A DNA stretch of 64,000 nucleotides from Acidimicrobiales bacterium. Its GTDB lineage: Bacteria; Actinomycetota; Acidimicrobiia; Acidimicrobiales; JAUJNH01. The notes under the pieces were generated by a model that was given only the letters and a program-made list of their open reading frames with translations, searched no databases and was not told the origin of the DNA. Below are positions 46,625 to 56,000 of the stretch, one piece after another. Numbering within the stretch: position 1 is the first letter of the stretch; every line of letters begins with the position of its first letter. The DNA lies in assembly GCA_038253125.1 (NCBI GenBank), contig JBBSHM010000003.1, positions 956-64,955 on the forward strand, given 5' to 3'. Made by a program: the position numbers and the translations under genes.

Positions 46625-49552
46625 TCAGTGAACCGGCCCGGGCCGAAGCTGATCGGCCAGCTCGACCACGAGCTCGCCTTGGTCGTCGGCGTAGCGCGAC
46701 CGGTAGGCGTCGACCAGCTCCCACCCCGCCCGCCGCAGAGCCAGGTGCCGCTCCACGTGGGCGGCCGGACCCTTCGGGTGCACACCGCACTCCAGGCCGA
46801 CGAAGCGCCAGGCGCCGCCCGCGCACACGTCCACGGTGTGGCGCCCGGTCGGGTACATCGTGATGGCCGCCATCCCCGCCGCCGAGAGCCCTTCGGCCAC
46901 CGAGGCCGCCCAGGGCGGGGCGACACCGGCGGGGCGGGGGCGGCCAGGCGGCGCATCGGCCTGGGCCAGGTAGTCGGCGAGGAGCCCCCGGGGCGGCGGC
47001 TCGGCGGACAGCAGCAGCACCAGCCGCTGGCGGGCCCGCGTCGCCATGACGGCGAAGAGGTGGGTGTCCTGCACGAACCGCCAGGTGGTGGCGCCGTCTC
47101 CCTCACCGATGCCGAGCGAAACCAGCACCACGTCACGCTCGTTGCCCTGGAACGCGTGCACCGTCCCCACCCGGAGATCGAGTGACGCAATCTCCTGCAC
47201 GGAGAAGCTGTCGAGCACGGCCTTCTCCAGGGCGTCGGCCTGGGCCCGGAAGGGGCTGATGACCCCGACGCTGGCCTCCCCGCCGCGCACCATGGCCTTC
47301 AGCCGGTCCACCACCGACTCCACCTCGCCCCGCACGACGCCGCCCTCGTCGCGCTTGTCCGTTCCCCGCACGACGTCGATGCAGTCGCAGGCCTCGGTGC
47401 GCGGGGAGCGGGTGGCCACCAGCAGCCGGCCGCCGTAGATCCGTCGGGCCACGAAATCGATGAGGTGGGGCGCGGACCGGAAGTGCTCGTCGAGCACGGT
47501 CGGCGGCGCCGCCCCGACGGCGATGTCGAAGATGCTGTTACGGCGGACGTCGAGCCGGCCCACCAGCACGGGGTCGGCATCCACGCCGTGCTCCGCCGCC
47601 GCTCGGCGCAGCTGGTCGTCGGCGAGGAACGAGACGTGGCGAAGCTGCTTCGGGTCGCCCACCATCACGCTGCGGCGGGCCCGCAGCAGAGCCGGCGCCG
47701 CCAGCGGCTGGTCGATGGCCGACGCCTCGTCGAGGATGACCAGGTCGAACAGGCCGGCCCTCGGTGGCATCAGGTCCTCGACGTCACCGAGCGTGCCGAC
47801 CCAGAGGGGGAGGGCCCGGGTGAGCCGGTCGTCCAGCCGGGAGAGCTGGTCGCGCCGGGCTGCCCGCCCGCTTCGCAAGGCCGTGCCCAGAACCGCTACC
47901 TCGGCCAGGCTGGCCCGGGTCAGGCGAGCGGGAGAGCGGCTGGTGAGCGCCAGCCACTCGCCCACCAGGCGCAGCAGCTGGCCTTCCAGCTTCTCAAGGC
48001 GGGCCCACTCCTGGGTGAGGCCGAGACCTCCGGCGGCGATCAACGCACCTGCTGAGCGGGCCTGGCGGGCGATCTCGGCGGCCGGGGCGAGACCCGAGAC
48101 CACGACGTCCGGCCTGGCCCCGGCCAACGCCACCGCCCGGGCCAAGGCCCTTCGGCCCCGGCGTCGGGCCCACCAGCCCGCAGTGCTCGGCGTCGCCGCC
48201 AGGAGTAGCCGGCGCATCTCCTCGAGGTCGCAGGCGGGGTCGAAGAGGCCGGGTGCGAGAAGTCGGGCTTCGTCGCAGGCGTCGTCATCGAGCTGGGCGG
48301 CGGCCTCGGCACCCAACAGCTCGACGATCGACGACACCAGCCCGTCGCGGGCGGCGACCGCATCCCGGAGGGCCCGCTCGGCGCTTTCGAGCTCGGCGCG
48401 CTCGGCCGGACGCAGCTCGCCCGCCGCCAGTCGGTTGGCGAGCTCGACGCGTCGCTCGCTGGAACCGAAGATCACCGGAGCCGGGCCCGGCGCCTCGCCG
48501 AGGAGGACGAGGAGCGCATCGACGGCGGCATCGCTCTTGGCCACCACCAGCACGGTCTCGCCGCGGCCGACGGCGTCACAGGCGATGGCCGACACCGTGT
48601 GTGACTTGCCGGTGCCGGCGGCGCCCGAGACCACCGACACAAGTGCGGATCGGCTCACCGAGACCGCCCTGCGCTGGGTGGGGGTGAGCGGGAACGGAGC
48701 CGTCACCTGAGTGGGCCCAGCGACGTCGGAGCTGTCAGCCTCTGATCCATCGCCGTCATCGGCGAGGTAGAGCGAGTGGAAGGCCGTCATATCCCGGAGG
48801 TCACGCCCGGCCCAGGAGCGCAGCGACGCCGACGCCGACAGCCCGCCGACATCGCCGGCGGTGAAAATCCCGACGCCAGCGACGGTGACGAGGCCGTCCC
48901 GGCGCATGAGCTCCTCGGGACCAGCCGTCACCGGGCGCAGGCCGACCGCCTCCAGATCGGCGGCCCTGGCTGCCCTGGTGGCAAAGGCGGCAAGCAGGTC
49001 CAGCCGGCGCAGCAGGTCGACCGGGATCTCCGGGATCTCCAGCGTGTCGAGCGCCCCGCCACCAACCTCGAAGCGCGCCTCCAGCTCGTGACGGCGGGCG
49101 GGGTCAGCGACGAGGTCGGACACCGCCACGTCGCCCGCGGCCCAGATCATGGCGCTGCCGCCCACTGGGGAACGTGGCAGAGCCACCCGGGCCGGGACGC
49201 TGACCAGCGGGTGGAAGGCGCGTTGCGTCCTGCCCTCACCGAGCTGGCGCCTTCCCGCGACGAACAGCCACCCGACCCGGAGGGACCGATGCTCACCGGG
49301 CCGGATGCGGTCGATGGCCGCCAGCCGCTCGCCCAGCCGGCGATCGACCGGGACCCCCTGCGCCACCTGCAGCCCCTGCCGGTCAAAGGCCAGGGCCTGC
49401 TCCGGCGGGAACAGCCGGACCCCAGAGGCCGGCAGCCACCGGAACCAGTCCAACGGGATGGTGAGAGCCGAAGAGCGCTGCTGGGCGGACGGCGACAGGT
49501 CGGCCAGGACCTGCAGCACCGACGCCGCCTGCGACCCCACCCCGTCGGCCAT
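46625..49552 (-). CDS. SF1 (Upf1/DNA2-like) helicase with DUF4011-like N-terminus and C-terminal restriction-endonuclease-like (DUF559-type) domain
   Basis: Walker A GAAGTGKSH, Walker B LVILDEASAI, motif III VGDPKQL, motif V TVHAFQGNERDVV, motif VI VMATRARQRL. C-terminus HTVDVCAGGAWRFVGLECGVHPKGPAAHVERHLALRRAGWELV. Confidence 0.75.
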   Translation of the reverse strand: MADGVGSQAASVLQVLADLSPSAQQRSSALTIPLDWFRWLPASGVRLFPPEQALAFDRQGLQVAQGVPVDRRLGERLAAIDRIRPGEHRSLRVGWLFVAGRRQLGEGRTQRAFHPLVSVPARVALPRSPVGGSAMIWAAGDVAVSDLVADPARRHELEARFEVGGGALDTLEIPEIPVDLLRRLDLLAAFATRAARAADLEAVGLRPVTAGPEELMRRDGLVTVAGVGIFTAGDVGGLSASASLRSWAGRDLRDMTAFHSLYLADDGDGSEADSSDVAGPTQVTAPFPLTPTQRRAVSVSRSALVSVVSGAAGTGKSHTVSAIACDAVGRGETVLVVAKSDAAVDALLVLLGEAPGPAPVIFGSSERRVELANRLAAGELRPAERAELESAERALRDAVAARDGLVSSIVELLGAEAAAQLDDDACDEARLLAPGLFDPACDLEEMRRLLLAATPSTAGWWARRRGRRALARAVALAGARPDVVVSGLAPAAEIARQARSAGALIAAGGLGLTQEWARLEKLEGQLLRLVGEWLALTSRSPARLTRASLAEVAVLGTALRSGRAARRDQLSRLDDRLTRALPLWVGTLGDVEDLMPPRAGLFDLVILDEASAIDQPLAAPALLRARRSVMVGDPKQLRHVSFLADDQLRRAAAEHGVDADPVLVGRLDVRRNSIFDIAVGAAPPTVLDEHFRSAPHLIDFVARRIYGGRLLVATRSPRTEACDCIDVVRGTDKRDEGGVVRGEVESVVDRLKAMVRGGEASVGVISPFRAQADALEKAVLDSFSVQEIASLDLRVGTVHAFQGNERDVVLVSLGIGEGDGATTWRFVQDTHLFAVMATRARQRLVLLLSAEPPPRGLLADYLAQADAPPGRPRPAGVAPPWAASVAEGLSAAGMAAITMYPTGRHTVDVCAGGAWRFVGLECGVHPKGPAAHVERHLALRRAGWELVDAYRSRYADDQGELVVELADQLRPGPVH

Positions 49553-49667
49553 GCCCAGCCGACGCTAATGACATGTCCCGGCGCCACCGGCCGGTCTGCG
49601 CTGTGAGGTTGACCCATACCGCCCTCCGGCTGGCCGGCGAGGTCTTTTGAGGCTGCCTCTACTTCCT

Positions 49668-51194
49668 CTACTTCTTCCCCGAGAGGTACACGTACACCGC
49701 TCCCTGGTCCTTGTTCTGGGCGACGTCCTCGAACGGCGCCGTCGCCACGTAGTCCGGGCTGCCGTCGCCGTTGAGGTCGCCGGGTGAGGCGCTGCTCCAG
49801 CCCAGGCTGGGGCCCAGGTTGTCAGCTACCACCGGCTGACGGTCCGAGGGCGGCAGCTCGAGGGCCTCCAGCATCTTGCCGGTCCGGCCATCAAAGACGT
49901 ATGTCCCGCCGTCGCCCGGGGTGTTCGGCACCTCGTGCGGCGACTGGCCGACGTAGAGGGCCGGGGTGCCGTCGCGCTGGAAGTCGGTGGCCGACATCGA
50001 CCAACCGAACTGCCCGCCCTCCGTCGGCGTCGGGTCGTTGAGCTGGTAGAGGACCCGGCCAGTCCTGCCGTCGAATACCCAGGCTGCGCCCTGGCCCTTG
50101 CCGGCGGGACCGTCTTGGAGGAAGCCGTTGCCGTAGATCTCGGCGGCGCCGTCGCCGTTCAGGTCTCCCGGTGACAGCGGCGCCGCGTCCTGGAAGCCGA
50201 AGTCGGCCCCCTGCTGGGGCTGGGGGTCGGCGATGGACAGCAGCAGCTCGCCGGTCTTGCCGCTGAAGAGCATGAGCTTGCCGACCCCGTCGAGACTGCC
50301 AGCGTCCACCAGCTGGTCGGGGACACCGTCGGCGTTGGTGTCACCCGGACCCTGCACGGCCAAGCCGAGCGAGCCGCAGCTGTTGCTCGTCATCCCGCCA
50401 CCGCCGGCACCGCGGCACGAGGCCGGAGGCTGATCCGTCGCCGGTAGGTCAAGGGTGCGCACGAGTGCTCCGGCCCGGCCGTCGAAGACGAAGGCCTGTC
50501 CCTGGTCCTTGTGGCAACCGTCGGGAACGGGGTCCTCCTGGCCGCACCCGGCCGGCACATCGTTGGCCGAGGCCCCGACGATGATGTCGGGCACCCCGTC
50601 GCCCGTGACGTCGCCGGCGGAGGCGATCCGAGACCCGAACCGGGCGTCAGCCTGGGGCTGGGGGTTGTCGAGCCGGTACAGCATCTTGCCGTCGGCGCCG
50701 CTGAAGACCCAGGCCGCCCCCTGACCCTTGTTCGGGCCCACCGTCTGTGCGTCGGTGCCGACGGCGACATCCGACTTCCCGTCGCCGTCCACGTCACCGA
50801 GGGTGGCGGTGGCGAACCCGAGCTTGGCGTCCGCCTGCGGCTCGGGCGGATCGATCGGGTATAGGACCTTGCCGGTCCTGCCGCTGACCGCCCACGCCCG
50901 GCCTGCATTGCGGGTCGACGGCGTGCTGTAGCGGGGCTGGCCGACGAACAGGTCGGTCACCCCGTCGCCATCCAGGTCGCCACTGCGCCCGGCCACCGAC
51001 GCCGAGGCCACCCGCTCCCCCCACCGCCCGCTGGCCTGGGGCTCGCTGGCATCGATGCGCGACACCGTGTAAGGACGCTCCCCTCTGGTCGCCGAGGTCG
51101 AGGCGGTCTGACCCGTCCCCGACGAACCCGAGCTGCAGCTGGCCGCCACCATGGCCACCGCCGCGGCGAGCGGCGCCAGCCGCACCAGCCTCAA
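49668..51194 (-). CDS. FG-GAP (integrin-alpha-like) repeat lipoprotein
   Basis: Lipobox AMVAASCSS; repeated GDLDGDGVTDLFVG, GDVDGDGKSDVAVG, GDVTGDGVPDIIVG, GDLNGDGAAEIYG, GDLNGDGSPDYV. The start is TTG at 51194 or GTG at 51185. Confidence 0.8.
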   Translation of the reverse strand: MRLVRLAPLAAAVAMVAASCSSGSSGTGQTASTSATRGERPYTVSRIDASEPQASGRWGERVASASVAGRSGDLDGDGVTDLFVGQPRYSTPSTRNAGRAWAVSGRTGKVLYPIDPPEPQADAKLGFATATLGDVDGDGKSDVAVGTDAQTVGPNKGQGAAWVFSGADGKMLYRLDNPQPQADARFGSRIASAGDVTGDGVPDIIVGASANDVPAGCGQEDPVPDGCHKDQGQAFVFDGRAGALVRTLDLPATDQPPASCRGAGGGGMTSNSCGSLGLAVQGPGDTNADGVPDQLVDAGSLDGVGKLMLFSGKTGELLLSIADPQPQQGADFGFQDAAPLSPGDLNGDGAAEIYGNGFLQDGPAGKGQGAAWVFDGRTGRVLYQLNDPTPTEGGQFGWSMSATDFQRDGTPALYVGQSPHEVPNTPGDGGTYVFDGRTGKMLEALELPPSDRQPVVADNLGPSLGWSSASPGDLNGDGSPDYVATAPFEDVAQNKDQGAVYVYLSGKK

Positions 51195-51622
51195 AGCAAC
51201 GCCCTCGTCTGCAGGCCCGTCCCGCTCCCGCCCCTGCTCTCGGCCCGGCTCGCGGCGGTGATCCGCTGCAGCTCCGCCTCGACCTCATCGGCGGCGGAAG
51301 CGGCCGACACCCCGGCACCGGCTATCTGGCGCCGCCGGAGCACCCGCAATCCAGCCCAGACGGCCGACATGATCAGCACACCGACCACGGCTGCCGCCAG
51401 GTACCAGGCGACCCCGCCACCCGCCGACTCCTGACCCGACGACACCGCCTGGCCGTACCGCGCCACCGTCGACGGCCCAGCCACCGACTGACCCCCGACC
51501 GGCACGTTCGGGTCCACATGGGCCCACGCCGGACCAGCAACCATTACCGAGATCCCCACGCCGATCACGGCGGTTCCCACGCCCCACACATGAGCTCGCT
51601 GCACCATCCGAAGCTCACCCAA
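51191..51622 (-). CDS. Hypothetical membrane protein
   Basis: Signal-like GVGTAVIGVGISVMVAGPAWA and a second TM WYLAAAVVGVLIMSAVWAGL. Its stop overlaps the FG-GAP gene start. Confidence 0.45.
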   Translation of the reverse strand: MGELRMVQRAHVWGVGTAVIGVGISVMVAGPAWAHVDPNVPVGGQSVAGPSTVARYGQAVSSGQESAGGGVAWYLAAAVVGVLIMSAVWAGLRVLRRRQIAGAGVSAASAADEVEAELQRITAASRAESRGGSGTGLQTRALL

Positions 51623-51759
51623 CTCTCAACAGTCGTTCTCGCTCTTACCTGAACAGTAGTCAAGGTCGATGGGACAGCCCAAAGCCAGTGGGTGCGATCG
51701 ATGAAGAAGCCCTCGTCGGCCACCGGGGCTTGCGTGATGGACACCTCTTGCGCCGCCAC

Positions 51760-52104
51760 CTACGTGGGGTGGCGGGCACCGAGAATCGCCGGTGGCCAGG
51801 CGAGCAGCACGATTGCCACGATGAGGGCGGGAAGGTTGAAGACGTAGGCGAAGTACGTCGGCGTGGCGACCGAGATCAGCAGGAGAAGCCCTGCGAGGCG
51901 ATCACGGCAGGAACGGACGGCCCCTGCGGCGCCGACCGCGGAGAGTGGGAAGGCGACAGATGCGACGTAGAGAACGACCGGGGCGTCACCGATGTCGATG
52001 AACAGTGCGGACAGGGCGATCAGCGCCCCTCCAAACGCCCAGACCAGACACCCGATCTCCACTGCCCCACGACGGCCCACCCGGTCAGGCCGACCGTGGG
52101 TCAA
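51760..52104 (-). CDS. Hypothetical multi-pass membrane protein
   Basis: Three or four hydrophobic segments (CLVWAFGGALIALSALFI, VVLYVASVAFPLSAVGAAGAV, LLLLISVATPTYFAYVF, ALIVAIVLLAWPPAIL). No family recognised. Confidence 0.4.
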   Translation of the reverse strand: MTHGRPDRVGRRGAVEIGCLVWAFGGALIALSALFIDIGDAPVVLYVASVAFPLSAVGAAGAVRSCRDRLAGLLLLISVATPTYFAYVFNLPALIVAIVLLAWPPAILGARHPT

Positions 52105-52407
52105 CGCCGCGGCCAGGGACTCGGCGATGAGCAGGCCGCCCCCGAGCGGGCCGCAAGTCTGGCCGCGTCATCGAGGGGCCGCGGTTCGAGGATCTGGAGG
52201 ACTTCGGGTGGGGTGACGCCACGACGGAAAGATCCTCGACCGGTAGCACTCCCAGGCGCTGGAGAGCTGGCCGCCGGCCCGGGCGTGGATTCGTTGCAGC
52301 AGTCGCCAGTGGCGGGACGCGGTCACGCCCAGGTCGTCGTCGGGGAGCCAGTCGGGCCAGGCTCCACCGAGAACGCGGATGGCCAGGTACTCATCGATCA
52401 GGATCAC
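52090..52407 (-). pseudogene. Frameshifted toxin-like gene downstream of a small antitoxin-like gene
   Basis: GTG at 52405-52407. VILIDEYLAIRVLGGAWPDWLPDDDLGVTASRHWRLLQRIHARAGGQLSS continues plausibly only after phase changes (ALQRLGVLPVEDLSVV, then VTPPEVLQILEPRPLDDAARLAARSG..LLIAESLAAAL). Confidence 0.4.
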
Positions 52408-52413
52408 GTTCGA

Positions 52414-52635
52414 GCTCCCGGGGTGGGACGGTCAGGCGTCGTCGTCGTGGTGACCGCCGAGCAGGGGGTCGGTGGCCAGATCGGCGTCGAGGCCGGCCTG
52501 GAACTCCTCGACCAGGTCCCCCGTCGTCATCCGCTGGAACAGCTCTCGGCCTTCGGCCGACAGCCTGGGGTCGCCCGCTCGGCGCCGACGCCGCCGCTCC
52601 TCCAACAGCTCCTCACCGATGCTCACCCTCCCATT
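52414..52635. repeat. Left copy of a ~210-220-bp direct repeat (partner at 63791-64000)
   Basis: Hand alignment gives 14 mismatches in about 211 aligned nt plus one 12-nt indel. It covers the small antitoxin-like gene and flanks. Confidence 0.9.
52432..52626 (-). CDS. Small acidic-tailed protein, putative antitoxin (copy 1 of 2)
   Basis: VSIGEELLEERRRRRRAGDPRLSAEGRELFQRMTTGDLVEEFQAGLDADLATDPLLGGHHDDDA. It lies 24 nt upstream of the toxin-like remnant, and a near-identical paralog sits at 63809-63991. Confidence 0.5.
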   Translation of the reverse strand: MSIGEELLEERRRRRRAGDPRLSAEGRELFQRMTTGDLVEEFQAGLDADLATDPLLGGHHDDDA

Positions 52636-52741
52636 GTGCCCCCGCCGCCTGGTGGCAGAGGCTGTAGAGCGGCACGTGCTCGAGGCCGTGCCGGTGCAGG
52701 ATCGTGCGGAACCTCCTCGACACCGCACGTGGGCGGCCACG

Positions 52742-53059
52742 AACGTGCTCGCTGTCGCACCTCCGTTCCGTCTCGCCGGCTACGCCACCGTCTACCGCCT
52801 GTGGGCGCCGGTGGTGCACAACCTCTACCTGCTCGATCAGATCGCCTTTGTGGCCTGCGTCGCCGTTCGGTTCCGGCGCGCCGAGGGGGACGAGGTTGAG
52901 CAGTTTAAGTGGTTCGTCTACGTCCTCACCGTCGGGGTCATCGTGATGGTCATCGACCGGATGGTGCTGGGCAGCGCCAGTTTGGGCCTGCTGTCCTCGC
53001 CGTCATGCTGCCGTGATCGGATCGGACTCTCAGCAGGTGAAGTGGCCGGGTGTGGTTGA
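52742..53059 (+). pseudogene. Fragment of a sensor histidine kinase membrane region (no kinase domains follow)
   Basis: LAGYATVYRLWAPVVHNLYLLDQIAFVACVAVRFRRAEGDEVEQFKWFVYVLTVGVIVMVI resembles the (R)YRRA-x-G-x-E-x-QQ-KW segment of actinobacterial HK sensor domains. The ORF then runs into the 3' end of the giant gene. Confidence 0.35.
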
Positions 53060-56000
53060 GTATGCGGCGCCTGCGTTGTTGGGGTTGGCCGTGCCAGGAT
53101 AGATGATCGTGACTTCGCCGCCGCCGACGGATGTCCGGTCGGCTGCCCCGACCGCGCCGTCGGCCTGACCGAGCTTTTGGAGGTAGGTGAGGACGCCGGG
53201 ACTTAATGATCTGGTGATCTGCGAGCCGCCGTACGCCGCGGGACAGACCATGAACAGGTTGTAGGCGCCGAACGAGTCGACCAGCCGGTCGTTGAGATTG
53301 TCGGCCTGGGAGATGTCCCGGTTGTAGCCGCCGTAGGCGATGTCGCCGTTGGTGGTCGTCGGGTTGTTCTGGGCGCCCGGGTCGATGTCGTAGGACTGTC
53401 CGGCGGGCGCCGGGAAGCGGGTTGCGTAGGCCGGGATGTTCGGGAACAGCGGCGGTAGAGCCTTGTTGTGTTCGTCCGACTTGGGCGGGACGTCGGTCGA
53501 CAGCGGGCTCCGGATGACGTCGAGGTCGTCGTTGCCATCGCCACCCCAGAGGTGGTCGTTGCCGGGCCCGCCCTGGATCGAGTCGTTGCCGTTGTCGCCG
53601 AACAAGATGTCGTCTCCGGTCGCGGCCGTCTGCCCGGCGATGCGCATGCCGTCGTCGCCCTGGATGAAGTCGTCACCGGCCCCGCCGTGGATGGTGTCGT
53701 TGCCCGGGCCGCCGAAGAGCAGGTCGTTGCCGCCGACGGTGAAATCGAGCAACGTCGTCGGGTAGATGGTGTCGCCCGACGCCGGGAACGACGCCACCAG
53801 GTTGGGCGGGCCGGCCGAGCTGATGTTCTGGGTCGCGCCGGTGAACGGGGTCACGGTAACCGTCGCCCGGTCGCCGATCAGCGCGTCGTCGCCGCCTTCG
53901 CCGCAGGCCAGGTCGTTGCCGTACCCCCCGATCGCGATGTCCTGGCCGGCATTCGGGTCGCTGACCGGTAGGCACTCGTCCGGCGATGGGGCGGGCAGCG
54001 CCGACCAGGCGCTGATGCTGCGCGGGGCGTTGGCGGCCGGGGTGTCGCCGTGAAGAACGTCGTTGCCGTCCTCGCCGTAGTGGGCATCGTTGCCGCTGTT
54101 GCCCTCGATGTAATCGTCGCCGTTGTGGGTCGTCTCGCTGCTCGACTCTCCGAGCAGGGTTGGGTACCGGGTGGTCGAGGTGCCGAGTGAGGTGGTGGCA
54201 TCCTTGGACCTGCCGTAGCTGGTCTGGGTCCAGGCGCACCCGTCCCGCCCGGCCGCCGCGCCGTTGACGGGTGCGCAGCGGTCGATGCGGGCGTTGTTGC
54301 CGGCGATCACGTCGTTGTCGGGTTGACCGGTTGTCTGGCTGCACTCGAATCCGCAGATGTGGTTACCCAGCCTTGGGGTGCCGGCCGCTGCGCCGGCGGT
54401 GCCGTCGGCCTCGGCTGAGGCGTCGCTGCCCGCCGGGAGCGCGACCGGGCTGGTGCCGCCGACGATGTCGTCGTCGCCCGCTCCGCCGGACATGATGTCG
54501 CTGCCGAGGTTGCCTTCCATGTAGTCGTCGCCGACGCCGCCGTCCATGGTGTCGTTGCCGATGCCGCCCCACATCCGGTCGTTGCCGTCGCCGCCGCTCA
54601 TGGTGTCGGCGCCGCCGACTGTCAGCCGGTCGAGTAGCAACGCGCTGCGCAGGAAGCTACCGTCGGCCTGGGAGATGGCCCAGTTGCCCTCGGCGTCGAG
54701 GGGGTGGGTAATCGAGCCGTTGTCACCGATGAGGTAGTCGGCGCCGGCGTCACCGTTGATGGCCGCGTCTCCGACATCGGTCACATCGGTGGTGGTGTGA
54801 CCGGGGGCGAGCGCCAGCGGTGAGGTACCACCGATGACGTCGTCCTGGCCGTCGCCGCCCGACAGCGTGTCGCTGCCGTTGTCGCCCTCGATGTGGTCGT
54901 TGCCGCCGTCACCGCTGATGGCGTCGTTGCCCACCCCGCCGAGCAGCCAGTCGTTGTTGTTGCCGCCGGACATGACGTCGTCGCCACCCACGATGGGGCC
55001 GCCGGTATAGATACCGAGCAGCGCCAAGGTCCGGTGGACCATGGGGGTGTCGGTCGGGTCGGAACCGTCGAGCACGACCGGGTTGTCCCGGGTGATGCTG
55101 CCGTTGTCGCCGACCACGACGTCGTTGCCGTCCTCGCCGTACAGGTGGTCACCGACGTCGGGGATGGCCGATGAGTCGGCGCCAGCGACGGCGACCGGTG
55201 AGGTGCCCCCGATGATGTCGTCTTGGCCCGCGCCGCCGTAGATGGTGTCGGTCCCGACGTTTCCTTCGAGGTGGTCGTCGCCGTCACCGCCGCGGGTGGT
55301 GTCGTCGCCGAGGCCGCCGAAGGCGGTGTCGTTGCCGCTGCCGGCGTCGATGGTGTCGTTGCCGCCCAGGGTCGGGTCGGTCGATGTCAGGTCGAAGACG
55401 TTGACGACCGGCGGCGAGGCGTTCCTGATCGTCCCGTTGTCCCCGATGATGACGTCGTCGCCGGCGTCGCCGTAGATGGTGTCGCCGGTGTCCGCCGATC
55501 CGGCGACGGAGGTGCCGCCGATGAGCTGGTCGTTGCCCGGGCCGCCGGAGAGGACGTCCGCGCCGCTGTTGCCCTCGAGGTGGTCGTTGCCGTCGTCGCC
55601 GTAGAGCTGATCGTTGCCGCTGCCACCCGAGATCAGGTCGTCGCCGGTCCCGCCGGACAGAACATCGTTGCCCTGGTGGCCGCAGATCCGGTCGTTGCCG
55701 GCACCACCGGTGATGGTGTCGTTGCCGCCTTCTCCGCTGATGATGTCGTTTCCGGGGCCGCCGTTGATGGTGTCGTTGCCGTCGCCGGCGGTGACCGGCT
55801 CGGATGCGGCCGGCCACACCACCGGGTTGGTGGAGGTGAGGACGGGACAGGTCGCGTTGCCCTGGTCCCCGAAGATGAGGTCGTCGCCGCCACCGCCGTA
55901 GATGGTGTCGTTGCCGGCCCCGCCGAAGATGATGTCATTTCCATCCTGTTGCGAGGAGGGCTGGAGCTGGCTGAACCGGCCCAGTGCTGGATTGGCCGGG

